A DNA stretch of 64,000 bases from Hypanus sabinus (Eukaryota), in assembly GCF_030144855.1 (NCBI RefSeq), contig NC_082730.1:13516001-13580000 (forward strand), in the 5' to 3' direction. Made by a program: the position numbers and the translations under genes. The notes under the pieces were generated by a model, which was not told where the DNA came from, made no database searches, and saw only the letters and a program-made list of their open reading frames with translations. Positions 1-12,782 of the stretch are shown here, piece by piece. Positions within the stretch are counted from its first letter, which is position 1. The number at the start of each line of letters is the position of its first letter.

Positions 1-1139
1 ACATATTGTACTTGCTTGCAAATAAACCTCCCTCTTTCAGCATAAAGCACCAGTTAAAGGTGGCGTGGTGTGAGAACAATCTGTGACTCTTCTAGACATT
101 TTACCATCAGCCAGTCATGAACATGCTGGAACACTTTTCTCTTGCTTGGATTGGTGTAGTTCCAAGAATGCTCCAAATGTTTAACATAGCTTAGGGGAAC
201 TTCATCTGCTTGACTGGGATCCCACCCACCGCCACAGTTATTCTGTTCCCGCAGACTCCTCAGAATGTATATATTTACTTGTCTTGGCTCCCCCAGTTTC
301 TCATGGGCTGCAATGGCATCATTGATGATATATCGCGACAACATTGTGATCCCTACTGATGACCTGTTCCGGCTCTCTCCTACCAGTAATGGTAATGGTG
401 GTCTGCTTTCCCCCTTCACTGTCAATCCCTGTCACTACACTTGGGTTCACAGGAAATCAGTCGATCACACGAGTACAAAGAGTAGGAGGATTTGCCATCA
501 ATGCTACAGGATTGAGAGAACATCTATGATTCTGTGTTTCAATTGTTAAAGGGCAGTTCAAATTGTAGGGTTATAAATACCTGAAGAAAGTAGCTGCTGT
601 TAAAAACAGTTGTCCGTTCTTGACATGGACACAAAGGGGGCAAGTGATTGGAGCAGAGCTCTTGGGCTAGATCAGAAATGGCGGAAACAGCTACAGAGGT
701 GTGAGTGGGATAACTGAATGATAGATACTGCTTTAAATAACCAAGAATGATAAGAATAATACTTTACACGTTTCTATTTTGATTTAAAAAAACCTTGAAG
801 GTGCACATTGGTATCGTTGCTTTGCTGCTTCCCAGCAAACCTGTCTGAAATATCTGAACCACATTTCAAATTAATGAAGCAAAACACTGTTGGGTACATT
901 GATAAGAAGAATCTTTAGAGTTAAGGAAAGAATGTATGTTTGGGTGTCTAGCATGGAGATCTGGGTTCCTAGAAATGGGTAATGTAGAGATCATGAGCAC
1001 GGGCAGGAATGTGTCACTCGGAGTGAGAGATTGTCTCTGTGAGAGGTTCACTGCACCATCCACCCCTGGCCCTCTGCCCCACACTTCCCTCTCACTGTCA
1101 CACCACCCTCCGCACTGAAACATGAACCTCCATCCTGCT

Positions 1140-1390
1140 GTTCCACATCACTTGTCAAATTGAAACACACACATGCACCATCCCATTGCCCCGCACGCCT
1201 CCATTCCATTTCTCCAGAACCTCGCCCTGTTGAAACACATACCCTCACATCCCAATGCCCCAATCATCTCCATTCTATTGCTCCAGAGCCTTGTCCCATT
1301 GAAACACACACCCACCCATCCCAATGCCCCACACACCTTCATTCCACTGCTTCAGAAGCTTGTCCCATCAATACTCACTCCCTCCCATCC
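1140..1390. repeat. Minisatellite, ~69-70 bp unit, ~3.5 diverged copies
   Basis: GAAACAC recurs at 1162, 1232 and 1301, each followed by a similar CATCCCAATGCCCC...CATTCC...CCAGA body. Confidence 0.8.
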
Positions 1391-1689
1391 CACTGAGAAG
1401 TTCTCTTATACTCTTTCTCATCATAATTTATCCACGCCTGTGCCGACATCAAGACCAGTATTGGTCTGTTGTTAGCAGCTAAATTAGGCACATTTGTGAA
1501 GTCCTGATGTGCAGTTTCAACCTAAGATGTTGACATTTCCTTCTCCTGTCCCACAGATGCTGCTCGATCCAATGAGTTCCTCCAGTAAACTGTTTGTTGC
1601 TGCAGACTCCAGCATCTGCAACTCTGGTATGTCCACATTGCTACCTTACACACCATCCCAAATATTGTATCAACTTTGTGTAATCAAAT

Positions 1690-2225
1690 AAGATATAGGA
1701 GCAGAATTAGGCCATTTGGCCCATTGAGACTGCTCTGCCATTCAATCATGGCTGAGTTAACTTCCCTCTGTTTTAAATCAACCCAATAACTTGACCTCCA
1801 CAGATGTCTGTTGCAATGAATTCCACAGATTCACCACCCTCTGCCAAAAGAAATTCCTCCTTATCTCTGCTGTACAGGGGTGTCACTCTGTTCTGAGGCT
1901 GTGCCCCCGGGCCCTTGACTACCCCACTATGGGAAACATCCACCCCACATCCACTCCATCTAAGTCTTTCAATATTCATCAGGTTTCAATGAGATCCCTC
2001 CTCATTCTTCTGAACTCCAACAAGTACAGGCCCAGAGCCATCAAACGGTCCTTGTATGTTAACCCTTTTATTCCCGGGATTATTCTTGTGAATTTCCGCT
2101 GGGCTGTTTCAAATGTTAGCACATCTTTTCTTAGATAAGGGCTCAAAACTGCTCATGGCTCTATAGGAACCATCCTCTCCACATCCACTTTATCTAGGCT
2201 TTTCAATTTTCAATAGGTTTCAAAG
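1690..2225 (-). mobile_element. CR1 LINE 3' fragment
   Basis: Typical CR1 3' end (ataagatataggagcagaattaggccatttggccc...) with antisense CR1 RT C-terminal remnants. Confidence 0.8.
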
Positions 2226-3120
2226 AGAATCCCCCCCCCCATCCCATTTTCCTCATGACTACAGAAGGAATGTTATTAAATATCAGAACGTACGTTGTTT
2301 TAAAGGCAGTTTATTAACAAACACATTTAATGTTTTCTTACACTTTATTTCCTCATCATTAAGTTGTGAAACAGTAATTATTTGATGAATTGCATAATAA
2401 CCCAATGGGTCTTTCTCAAGCATCTGGTGTTGCAATTGCTTTAAAAAGATGCTCCGTTGAGCCCTTTGAAGGCTTTTCCTCTGTAAAACTGAAAAATGGT
2501 TGATGGCTCTGTTAGAGGGTGAATCCACAAATTGCTCTTCACTGAGCTTCCTCAATTCTTTTTAGTGTAGAGGGTTTACTCCTACTGCTGGGGAAGTACT
2601 CAACATGTCACAGTACACCAATGAGGAAGATTTGTCTCTTAACAACACTGACAAGATGCCCGGCTGAGGATGTGTTAGCTGAGACGAAGGAGCACATTAA
2701 AATGTGATCTGATAAATATAACGTGAAGGTTCAAAGCATCAATTACAGAAGCAATTATGATTGCAGTCCATTTGTTGAGAATGGATCAATTCTGAATATC
2801 GAGCAGTGCCGTGGCTAGACGTTCTCCTCCTTTTCTCGGACAGGCGTCTCACAAATGTAGCGAGGGTCGCCCTGTGTCTCAGTGCTGGATTTGGTTGTTG
2901 TCATGCCACTCGTGGTACTTCCTCCGTCATCCCTAGAGGACTTGTTGACAATGTTAAATGATACTACATCAGTTAGTCTCCACATGAAGAAAACTTAAAC
3001 TTTGGTGTTAGTAATGGATTCTGCCATGACATGATACATGTTTTTTCTGTTTTAAGTCTTACCAGAATTTAATAGCAACAGCAAAATAACCTGGATAAGG
3101 AGGCTAGCTGTACAATTCAT

Positions 3121-3540
3121 TTTACTTTACTTACTGCCTGTTACCCTGCTAATGTCGAAGACAGCAATGAAAGTCCTCTATCTCTGGCGGGTTCAGGGCC
3201 TCCTCCATCATGTCAGTAGCTTCCTCTCAGTTTTCACTACTCTTAGTCAAGCGAATCTCAGGTGGAGGCTCAGGAATACCATTGCATTCATAAGTAGAAG
3301 GATTCTTCATTGCTTTTTCCGTAATAGTTTTGTTTTACCAGTCTGGATTGTTAGCTGTGGGCTGACCCCCTGAATCTGGGGGGGCCGGCGGACCATTCTT
3401 AAACTATTCTCTACCCTTTGACCTGTTGGCCATGGGTGACGCTACCAAAAGCCAAAGCGTAAAGGCCTGACTCCGGTCAACATAGCTGTCTGGGTCATTG
3501 AGGCATGGAAGCCTCTAAACCCAACAACAAGGTTGTTGGC
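3121..3540 (-). mobile_element. Probable RTE-like LINE/SINE 3' fragment
   Basis: (GTAA)n-like tail on the minus strand at 3121-3135 and an RTE-like body; family assigned from recall. Confidence 0.4.
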
Positions 3541-4525
3541 GGCATTTTCCTAAAAAAGATGGTACATTGATGGAACTAGAAGAGCCACTTCCTCATTGCT
3601 TCAGTGTCCCAAGTTCAATCCTAATCTCCAGAGCACCCTCAGATTCTGCATATTCTTCATAGCATTGTGTGGGTATCCTTTTATGCCTCAAACAAGGTTA
3701 ATTGTCTGCAGTGAATTGCCTCTGGTGTGAGTGGGTGCTGGAATTTGGAACATGGGAGAATACATTCCAGGTAAAATTAGTGAGGAATTGGGACTGTTGT
3801 GTGAGCCAGCATAGATTCATTAACACACACAAATTGCTGGTGGAACTCAGCAGGTCGGGCAGCATCTATGGCAAGGAATGAACAGTGGACATTTCAGGCT
3901 AAGACCTTTCGTCGGGACTGGACAGGAAGCCAGATTTGTTAAAGTTCATTGTGCTAACCACTATGTGGCACAGTAGCATAATGGATAGCACAATGCATTA
4001 CAGTTCCTGAGACCTGGATTTGCTTCCCGGCACTGCCTAAATTGGCTCAAAGGGTCAAAGGGGCCTATTCCACACTGTATCTCAATAAATATGTAAATGC
4101 AGTGAAATGGCCTCCTTCTATGGGATAAGGAAGTGTGGAAATGTAGTCAGCTCCTCAAAAGTGAAAGTCAAGGGAGGGTTCATGAAAGGTTAAAGGGACA
4201 TCTGCAAGAAACTGGGCATTGGTGTTTCCATGTGGTACTGAGAAACAGCCTAGACTAGGAACTATAGATCTGATGGCCAACTCACTTCTTGAAATTTTTC
4301 ATCATCACCACAGCTTCTTCCATGAGTTACTGAGCTTCTTGGGAACCTAGATATATGCATAGTCCTTCCTCCTTCTTATCCTGAAGAAATGGAAGACATT
4401 TTTCTAACCAACTCTTGGACTTACGATCAACAAACCCATACTGAGTCATTAAAGAGCAGCTATAATTCTCTTGAAGACTCTTCAACCAGTACTTGGCTAG
4501 ATGAGCTTATCATTTTATTGATCAT

Positions 4526-4558
4526 TCAACTATGAATGGGCTCATAAAGTAAACTTAA
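4526..4558 (-). CDS. Candidate terminal coding exon of gene B (LSLLYEPIHS*)
   Basis: Acceptor gacctcatttacag, phase 0, ITIM-like LLYEPI, TGA, and AATAAA a few nt after the stop (4514-4519). Confidence 0.35.
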   Translation of the reverse strand, partial: LSLLYEPIHS

Positions 4559-4843
4559 CTGTAAATGAGGTCACTGGGCATTCGGCACTGTCACACTTTA
4601 TAAGGAAGATTGTTCACTATAGTATGATTGACTCAGTCAAAGGTGTTGCCAGCATATTCTATTTTTATAATATTAGAAATTTAACTTTACTTGGATTCAG
4701 GAGTAGGTTCTTGTTCGACTTAGATTTTAATGTAAGAAAATAAATAATTGGGTTATTCCATTTTTAATACCAGATAAATAATCATGTGAGAGATTGTAGC
4801 AAGATACATGTTAATCATCAGACATTAGATGTGAATTACTTAC

Positions 4844-4890
4844 CCCAGAAGTAGTGACTGAATTAGACTCTTCCCCAATGTATCTGAATC
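4844..4890 (-). CDS. Candidate short cytoplasmic exon of gene B ((G)FRYIGEESNSVTTSG)
   Basis: Strong donor GGG|GTAAGT; 47 nt, phase 1 to 0, as in the CD300 short tail exon. The acceptor is weak (AAG; an alternative CAG would start the exon at 4883). Confidence 0.3.
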
Positions 4891-4969
4891 CTTTCTCACA
4901 TGAGCATGATGTAGAGATAAATTAGAGAGATATGATTAAAAATTAATACACTGAATCATTTGCAGTATA

Positions 4970-5500
4970 CACCCAGTGGCCACTTTATTAGTTAAATCTG
5001 TACAACTGCTCGTTAATGCAAATATTTAATTAGCCAATCATAAGGCAGCAACGTAATGCATAAAATCATGCAGTCATGCAGTCAAGAGGACAAACCAAAC
5101 GTCAGAATGGGGAAGTACTGTGATCTGAGTGACTTTGACCGCGGAATGATTGTTGGTGCGGGACAGGGTGGTTTGGGTATTTCAGAAACTGCTGATCTCC
5201 TGGGATTTTCTCCAGAGTTTATAGGGCATGGTGTGAAAACAAAATCATTCAGTCAGCATCAGTTCTGTGGGCAAAAATGCCTTGTTAATGTGAGAGGTCA
5301 GAGGAGAATGGCCAGACTGGTTCTAGCTGACAGGAAGGTGACAGTAACTCAGATAACCACGTGTTACCACAGAGGCGTATGTAAGAGGATCTCTGATTGC
5401 ACAATACATGGAATGTTAAAGCAGATGAACTACAGCAGCAAAAGGTAATGAATATTAGATACTGTACCTCCTGTAACTAATAAAATGACCACCAAGTGTG
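4970..5500 (+). mobile_element. Internally deleted Tc1-like DNA transposon
   Basis: TA-flanked imperfect TIRs (CACCCAGTGGCCACTTTATTAG and its complement). ORF 5056-5448 has the Tc1 HTH signature MGKYCDLSDFDRGMIVGA...GISETADLLGFS. Confidence 0.9.
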
Positions 5501-6236
5501 TATTTTAAAGAAAAATGCAGCAGACAAATCTAGTAAAACATTACATCTTTACTTCAAAATGGGCAATCCAAATAACTTATTATCAGAAGAGTTCTCTTTG
5601 CAACATTTATAAGCATACAGAATAATATTACACAAAGGACTGTAGCATTAAAGTGTGACTTAATTCACCATTATGGCTCAGTAAGTTGTTCAATGACCCA
5701 ATTGAATCCCATGCACATTTAACAAGGGTTTGCAAATGCATTTGAATTGTTGGTATTGATTTAATAATTTAGTAAATGGATAATTGAACCATAAGGATTG
5801 ACTTGGATGAATTTCATACACAGAACCAATCTTCCAACTCTAATCTGCTTGGAACGTCATGTTACATTGTCCTTTTGCTGCATTGTATATTGTTTGCTTT
5901 CTATGGCTTTATTTACATCTGTAATGCCAGTGCATATTCTTATTCATTGTTTCAACTGAGTACTGCTGCTTTCTGAGATTCCTGCAGGTGTCAGCTGGGG
6001 CTTCATTGGTAACACTGTGAACTAGAGATTGTGGGTTCAAATCCCACTGTGAGGATTTGAGCACAAAGATCTTGCCTGACAATTCAGTGTGAAACTTAGG
6101 CAGTAAATTAATGAAGATGCTGTCAGCAACTTAGGCTTTATCTGTCCTTTCTGAAGAATGTAGGAAGGTCGTGGAAGGGGAATTCTCCTTGTCATTTGAT
6201 GAACATCAAGTTGTAAATTTAAGGAGGCCACCTTCA

Positions 6237-7110
6237 ACAGGACCCCACCACTAAGGACATCTTTCCCTCCCTACCCCTCTCTGCTTTTCCCAGGGATCAT
6301 TTCCTCCGTGACTGCCTGGTCCTCACGTCCCTCCCCACAGATCTCCCACCTGGCACTCATCCCTGCAAGCGGAAGTGCTACACCTGTCCCTACACCTCCT
6401 CTCTTACTGCCATTCAGAGCCCCAAACAGTCCTTCCAGGTAAGGCAACACTTCACTTGTGAGTCTGTTGGGGTCATCTTTTGTATCCAGTGCTCTCGGTG
6501 AGGCCTCCTCTACATCGGTGAGGACTGATGCAGATTGGGGGACCGCTTCGTCGAGCACCTCCACTCCGTCTGCAACAACAGACAGGATCTCCCGGTTGCC
6601 ACCCACTTCAACTCTGCTTCACATTCCCATTCCGATATGTCCATACATGGCCTCCTCTACTGCCATGAGGAGGCCAAACTCAGGTTGGAGGAGCAACACC
6701 TCATATACCGTCTGGGTAGTCTCCAGCCCCTTGGTATGAACATTGAATTCTCCAACTTCCAGTAATTCCCTCCCTCTCCCTTCCCCCATCCAACTTTCAC
6801 CTTATCTCCTCTTCTAGCTGCCTATCACCTCTCTCATGATTCTGCCTTCTTCTACTACCCATAGTGCTTTCCCCTTACATTCCTTCTCCACCTTTTCTGC
6901 CTTTCCCCTCCCTGCTTCCCCTCCCCCCACCCCTTGATCTTTCCTCTGATTGGTTTTCACCAGGCACATTCCACCCTCCCCCCACCTTCTTTATAGGGCC
7001 CCTGCCCCCTCCTTCTTTAGTCCTGACGAAGGGTCTCGGCCCGAAACGTTGACTGCTCATTTCAACGGATGCTGCATGACCTGCTGAGTTCACCCAGCTT
7101 GTTTGTACGT
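6237..7110 (+). mobile_element. Penelope-like element 3' part with GIY-YIG endonuclease and terminal repeat
   Basis: Degenerate GVI(F)CIQCSR*GLLYIGE followed by GDRFVEHL...PVATHFN...HLIYRLGSLQPLGMNIEFSNF (6535-6765), then a pyrimidine-rich UTR and hammerhead motif. Confidence 0.9.
7019..7054 (+). ncRNA. Minimal type-I hammerhead ribozyme of the Penelope-like element
   Basis: AGTC-CTGACGA-A-GGGT/CTCG/GCCC-GAAAC-GTT-GACT: stem I AGUC/GACU, catalytic boxes CUGACGA and GAAA, palindromic ACGU stem III. Confidence 0.75.
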
Positions 7111-7399
7111 GTCTATTTGATAATAAATTGATTTTGAACTTCGATCTTTAAAAAATTCATACTGATGTGAACCATTAACTGTTTCCTTTCCCATAAATAT
7201 TCCGTGACCCGATCAGTTCTTGTGTCATTTTGGATTTTTATTGTATGTTGCTAACATCTTCAGTTTTATGAATTTCCAGTTGTAAGTGTAAGTGTAGTTA
7301 GGCTCTACTCAGTGTGGAGAGCAATGGAGGGGACTGCAGGGTGCAGGAGACCACTTAGCTGCTCTCCCATTGCTTGGTAATGCGTAGCGCAACCAGACA

Positions 7400-7825
7400 A
7401 GTTGGTCCCATAAGACCAAAATCCAAGATTATAAGGAGACAGGTACACAGGAATTTACAGGACGTGCGTGATGAGTGTTCTACAATAATTCTACAACATG
7501 GATCAGACTTACAGTGTTTTGGATATGTTCGATGTAAATATATATCCAGTGTCCCTTTAATCAAATATGACCTCACCCACCCTGCGTATAGACTGTTAGT
7601 CCCACTTCCATCAGGGAGGAGGCTATGCAGCATCCACGCCAGGACCACTAGAACCAAGACAGTTACTTCCTTCAAGCTGTTAGGCTGATCAACACCTCCA
7701 GCTACTAACATGTTCCACCACCACTGCGCACGCATCACCTAGCATCACTTTTTGTACATGCAATCAGTCTATGTAGTTAACAGTTAGTTGCACGTCGTGC
7801 CTTATAGGATTCCTTTTATATCTGG
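7400..7825 (+). mobile_element. Rex1/Babar-type LINE 3' fragment
   Basis: ORF 7374-7688 contains DLTHPAYRLLVPLPSGRRLCSIHARTTR, the typical Rex-Babar ORF2 C-terminus. Related pieces occur near 9420, 21830, 42280, 44450 and 51130. Confidence 0.75.
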
Positions 7826-8090
7826 GTGTGCGGTAGTGTAGTGGTTAGCGCGACGCTATTACAGCTCGGGGAGTTAAGAGTTTGGAGTTCAACTCCAGCA
7901 TCATCTGTAAGGAGTCTGTGTGTCCTCTCGGTGGAGTGTGCGGGTTTTCTCCAAGTCGTCTGGTTTTGTCCCACAGTCCAAACACTGGATAGCTTAATTG
8001 GTTATTATAAATTGTCCCGTGATTAGGTTAGGATTAAATCAAAGCTTGAAGGGCCAGAATAGCCTATTCCATGCTGTACCTCTAAATAAA
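7826..8090 (+). mobile_element. tRNA-derived SINE
   Basis: A-box-like GTAGTGTAGTGGTTAG and B-box-like GGAGTTCAACTCC head. Similar copies near 35225, 43800, 47460 and 59440. Confidence 0.75.
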
Positions 8091-8293
8091 TAATTATTTT
8101 TATTTATTGTGTTTTTGTTCTTTATGTTGATTGTGTTTTTTTTAGATGGTGGATCACATCCGGAATAACAATAATTTTGTTCTCCTTTACTCTTGTGTAC
8201 TGAAGAATGACAGTAAGCCATCTTGAATCTGGAACTTTAAGCCGGGAGTTTCCTTCGTGTTACTCTTTCGAGTGTTTCAAGTATTATTATATC

Positions 8294-8296
<3 letters not shown>

Positions 8297-8358
<62 letters not shown>

Positions 8359-8360
8359 GA
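8297..8360. repeat. (GA)n microsatellite
   Basis: About 30 GA units read directly. Confidence 0.98.
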
Positions 8361-8460
8361 ACTCTGGGAGATTTCCAGGGTTCCCTCTTGAGCTCACCCA
8401 TTGAAAACAGGAAGTTTGCTCTTTAATTTGTAATTGAAATTTTAAAGCTGTTCAACTTAC

Positions 8461-8555
8461 CCACTGCTGAATATTTTCTCCACCATATGATTAAAACAGC
8501 AGCGATAATCATAACTCCAAACATGACTCCCAGAAAGATGGATAATTTCGTGGTA
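8461..8555 (-). CDS. Gene B transmembrane exon: TTKLSIFLGVMFGVMIIAAVLIIWWRKYSAV
   Basis: Acceptor ttttctctcccttag, donor G|GTAAGT, 95 nt, phase 2 to 1. It encodes a 22-aa hydrophobic helix followed by RK. Confidence 0.88.
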
Positions 8556-8754
8556 CTAAGGGAGAGAAAATTGCAAAGTTTACTTCTCCAAAGCTTATTT
8601 TTCTACTCTGAATAGTATTGTGATGGTGTTGGATTCCCTGTCTGCAAAGCCTTAAACTCAAGTGAGTATCTCAAGCCCTATCTGATATCGGTATCTACTG
8701 GCACCCTCACTCTAGAGAGGTCATACTGTATTCACCTGCTCTACAATTACTAAC

Positions 8755-8851
8755 TTGCTTCTCTGTCTAGTCTCCATGGAAAGGTCCAGCTGCCAATACA
8801 CACTGCTTGAGCCGTTTGTCCTGCTTTCTATCAAGGAGGAGATATTTCTAG
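8755..8851 (-). CDS. Gene B stalk exon: (A)RNISSLIESRTNGSSSVYWQLDLSMETRQRS(N)
   Basis: Acceptor ctgtgtttatttgttag; open 97 nt, phase 1 to 2, bridging V to TM. Ser-rich with NIS and NGS sequons (plus NTT across the junction). The donor AA|GTTAGT is only moderate. Confidence 0.6.
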
Positions 8852-11789
8852 CTAACAAATAAACACAGTTATTTTATTTTTAACCATACATGTTTAAATT
8901 CAGACAAATAGTTTCAATAGATATTTAACACTCATAGAAAATTTCCAGTTTATTAAAGATTTCCAAATTCCAGAAGATTTACAAATTACAAATGATTTCC
9001 AAAAAACAAGTGCAATTATTACAAACTAGCAGAACATACCACCGAGTTATCGCCAAAAACTCTGATCTTTTGGAAAGGTCCTAATTCTATGAGCATTGAA
9101 ATAGTTATAGAAAAATATATGTCTGCTCCATAGTTGAAGTCCTAATTTGGGGCAATGCTAATTATTAGAATTATTATGGTATTAGATAGGAATTTTCAAA
9201 GGTTGATTGGGAGAGCTGTGCTAGAAAGCTGAATTTAACAATAAACCATCTCAGGCTCTGGAAAGTGAATATCCTTGACAATATAGTCTTGCTTCTTACT
9301 TTTCTTCAAGAAGATAACATCCACTATGAAAGATTCCCACCATCAAAGTCAGAGTAAATTTGTGTTTGAATTACTCTACATATATGTCGCACACTGTACC
9401 TTGAGATTCAATTTCACCAACTGAATCATGCCGTCCTTTCACAGCTACTATCAGGCAGCACGTACAGAAGTTCCACACAAGCAGGTTTAAGAACAGCTAC
9501 TTCCCTTCAACTATTTGGTTCTTGAACTAGCCCGAACAATCTTAAGCACTACAGTTCAGCAGATGTACGAACACTTTGACCACTGTGCACTAAAGTGAAG
9601 ATTTTTGTTCCAATAGTGGTCTTGGAAAATAGTGTACAGTTTATGGGCGTTTTGTATGCTTACATGATGTTATGTGCCTGCTAAGCTGCTGCAAGTAAGT
9701 TTTTCATTGCACGTGTGTATACATATACTTGTCTATAACAACAGTAAACTTGACTTTGACTTTAACATTCTGAATTTTATCCTCACAGTTCTGCTGCTAA
9801 AACTACTAAAACTGCAGGGTGCAGAACCCAGATACTAACTGTCTACCCAACACTGTTTGCACCCACAGACTATGATAGTGAGAGTCACCTGGCTATTCTC
9901 CATTCCACCATTACCTTTGACTTCTTTTCAAAATTTCATCGGGCGATGTCGGTGAAGGTGTTGTCAGAACTGGAAAAACAATAACAATGCATGCATTTCA
10001 CAGACTGTATAACTTTATATTCAGTAGAAGCATAATGCATAAACACTAGAAAGTCTGTAGATGCTGGAAATCCAAAGCAACACACACAAAATGCTGGAGG
10101 ATCTCAGCAGGTCAGGCAGCATTTATTAGTTGATGTCTCAGGCCAAGACCCTTATTCAGGACTGAGAAGGAAGGGAAAGATGTCAGGATAAAAAGGTGAG
10201 GGGAGGGGAAAGAGGCTAGTTTGCAGTGCTGGCAGGGAGATTAGTGAGGAGGGATGAATAGACAGGTGAATTGTGGAGGGAGCAATCCCTGCAAAAAGCA
10301 GAATGGGAGGGAGGTAGAGATACATTTAATGGTAGGATCCCTTTGGAGATGATGGACATTGTGGAGGATAATGTGTTCGATGTGCAGGCTGATACATAAT
10401 GCATTTAAAGATAATATTTTGTCTTTATAAATTTGATTTTATTTTCTTCTAGACAAAGCCCACACAAAGTTTATTGTTGTAGGGTTGATTGGGTTTATAT
10501 CCTTCCCTTGACAAAGTGAGACCTACCATGGTGTCAGGTCCAATCGACAGAGATTAGACAAACTGTTGGAATGAAGTGACATGGTGAACATTTTACTCAA
10601 CTATTGATCCAGTCTTTACTCAACTATTAATCTATTCAGGGTATTATTAGTTTGGGTAATGAACCATAGACACCAATAGCAGTAACACAGTAGCAATCGA
10701 GGAATTTAATAAATCAGGCTAAAATGCTAACATGAAATCTATGTATAAAAATGTATCTAATTCAATGGCACCCTTTGTTTTAGAAGGAAATCTACTCCCC
10801 TTTAAATGTGGCCCCAGGCATGTAACAATATTATTCACTCTTATTTGCTTTCTGAAATTGCTGGCAAGTGTACAAACTTCTTGAGGGATTGCTGGAAAGA
10901 TGATATATCAGTAGTGACTGCTGAAATGAGCACTGCACGCTACACTCCATCACAGCAAAAGACTACATGTGGACAGTGGGAAAGGAATTACATTCTGACT
11001 GTCTCAATAAGGCCTGAGAGCAGAATTCGGCCATTTGGCCCAACAAGTCTGCTCTGCTATTCCATTATGGCTGATTTATTATCCCTCTCAACCCCATTCT
11101 CCTGCATTCTCCCATAACCTTTGACACCCTGACTAGTCAAGAATCTATCAAGCTCTGTTTTAAATATATACAACGGCTTCCACAGCCATCTGTGGCATTG
11201 AATTCCTCAAATTCACCACCCTATGGCTCTGGATATTCCTCCTCATCTCTGTTCTAATTGGGCGTTCCTCTATCCTGAGGTAGAGCTTTCTGTTCTGGAC
11301 TCACCCACCGCAGGAAAGATCCTGTCCGCGTTCAGCTGTGTAAGTTTTGTGTCCGGTGCAATCTCTGCCTCGTGATTGTTCCGCATGGAGGAGGAGCTTT
11401 CAGAGCTGCACTGTGAACCTTGTGTCTCTTTGCTGGGGGAAGACTGTTGTACACAATAAATAGGAGTATAACATCTCCCAAACCCCATACTAACCAGACC
11501 TATCAAGCACTTCCTGACCCACCTGGGCAGAATCCGTGGGTCCTATTTCAGCCATCTCAAAATGCACTTAACTAGTGTGGAATTGGGTCACCTTTCATCT
11601 CAGGCAGGACATAAATCTGAGGATATATTTTACTGCTTCCCTCTGTTTAGGATTATAATATGTATTTTGTTGTAGAGAGGTGGCCTATTGTTCATCCTGC
11701 CTTTCTGTCCATACCATCTAGCAAAGGTACCTCCATAAGACCACAAGGCTGATCTATTTCTCTGAGCCCCAATCTCTCCTGTCTTCCCC

Positions 11790-12770
11790 CTATATCACTT
11801 TATGCCCTGACCAATCAAGACTCCATCAACCCCTGCCTTAAATATAGACCATAAGACCATACGACATAAGAGCAGAATTAGGCCATCTGGCCCATTGAGT
11901 CCGCTCCGCCATTCAATCATGGCTGATCCTTTTTTTCTATCATCTCCTCCTCAGCCCCAGTTCCCGGCCTTCGGCCCGTAACCTTTAATGCCGCGTCCAG
12001 TCAAGAACCTATTAACTTCTGCCTTCAATACACCCAAAGACCTGGCCTCCACAGCTGCATGTGGCAACAAATTCCACAAATTCACGACCTTTTGGCTAAA
12101 GAATTCACCACTCTTTGGCTAACAAGACTGAACCTCCACAGCTGCCTGTGGCAATAAATTCCACTGATTCTACACTCTATGGCTAAATAAATTCCTCCAA
12201 ATCTCTATTCTAACTGGCCATCCCTCTATTCTGATGCTGTTTCCTCTAGTTTTAGACACTCCCAGCACAGGAATCATCCTCTCCACATTTAATTCATTGA
12301 GGCCTTTCAACATTTGATAGATTTCAATGAGATCCTCTCTCATTCTTCCGAACCCTAGTGAGTGCAGTCTTAGAACCATCAAACACTTCTCATATAAATC
12401 TTTTAATCTCTGAATCATTTTCATGATCTTCCTTTGAACCCTCACAAATGTTAGGACCTTTAGAGATAAGCGGCCCAAAACTGCTCACAGTATTCCCAGT
12501 GAGGCCTCACCAGTGCTTTATAAAATCTCAATATTACATCCTTCCTTTTATATTCTGGTCCTCTTGAAATTAATGCTACCATCAGCTTTGCCGTCTTCAA
12601 CACAGACTCAACCTGCAAACTAACATTTAAGGAATCTTGCATGAGCTTTCCTAAGTCCCGTTGTGCCTCAGTTTCTTTTTGTATTTTCTCTCCATTTAGA
12701 AAATTACACTTTTATTTCCTCTGTCAAAGTGCATGACCTTACATTTCCCAACACAGTATTTCATCTGCCT
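11790..12770 (-). mobile_element. Composite CR1 LINE 3' fragments
   Basis: ORFs 12170-12478 and 12460-12642 contain LRFYKALVRPHWEYCEQFW and MREDLIEIYQMLKGL (CR1 ORF2 C-terminus). Confidence 0.9.
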
Positions 12771-12782
12771 GGAAATACAGGA

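Noticed and set aside
1140-1390. CRISPR array
   Set aside because: The whole unit is degenerate with no unique spacers, there are no cas genes, and the context is vertebrate; it is a minisatellite.
4286-4380. 95-nt exon with a strong acceptor and GTGAGT donor
   Set aside because: All three entry phases hit a stop; it could only be a terminal or UTR exon, so it was not called.
7826-7900. tRNA gene (also ~26240-26312)
   Set aside because: A/B-box-like heads continue into SINE bodies, and no complete cloverleaf is evident.
10647-10718. GPI-signal-like exon PDLLNSSIATVLLLLVSMVHYPN*
   Set aside because: It needs a phase-0 donor I cannot support, and a better stalk plus TM pair exists at 8851-8461.
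10838-10930. Alternative gene B stalk exon
   Set aside because: The phase-1 frame has an in-frame TAA just before the GTGAAT donor.
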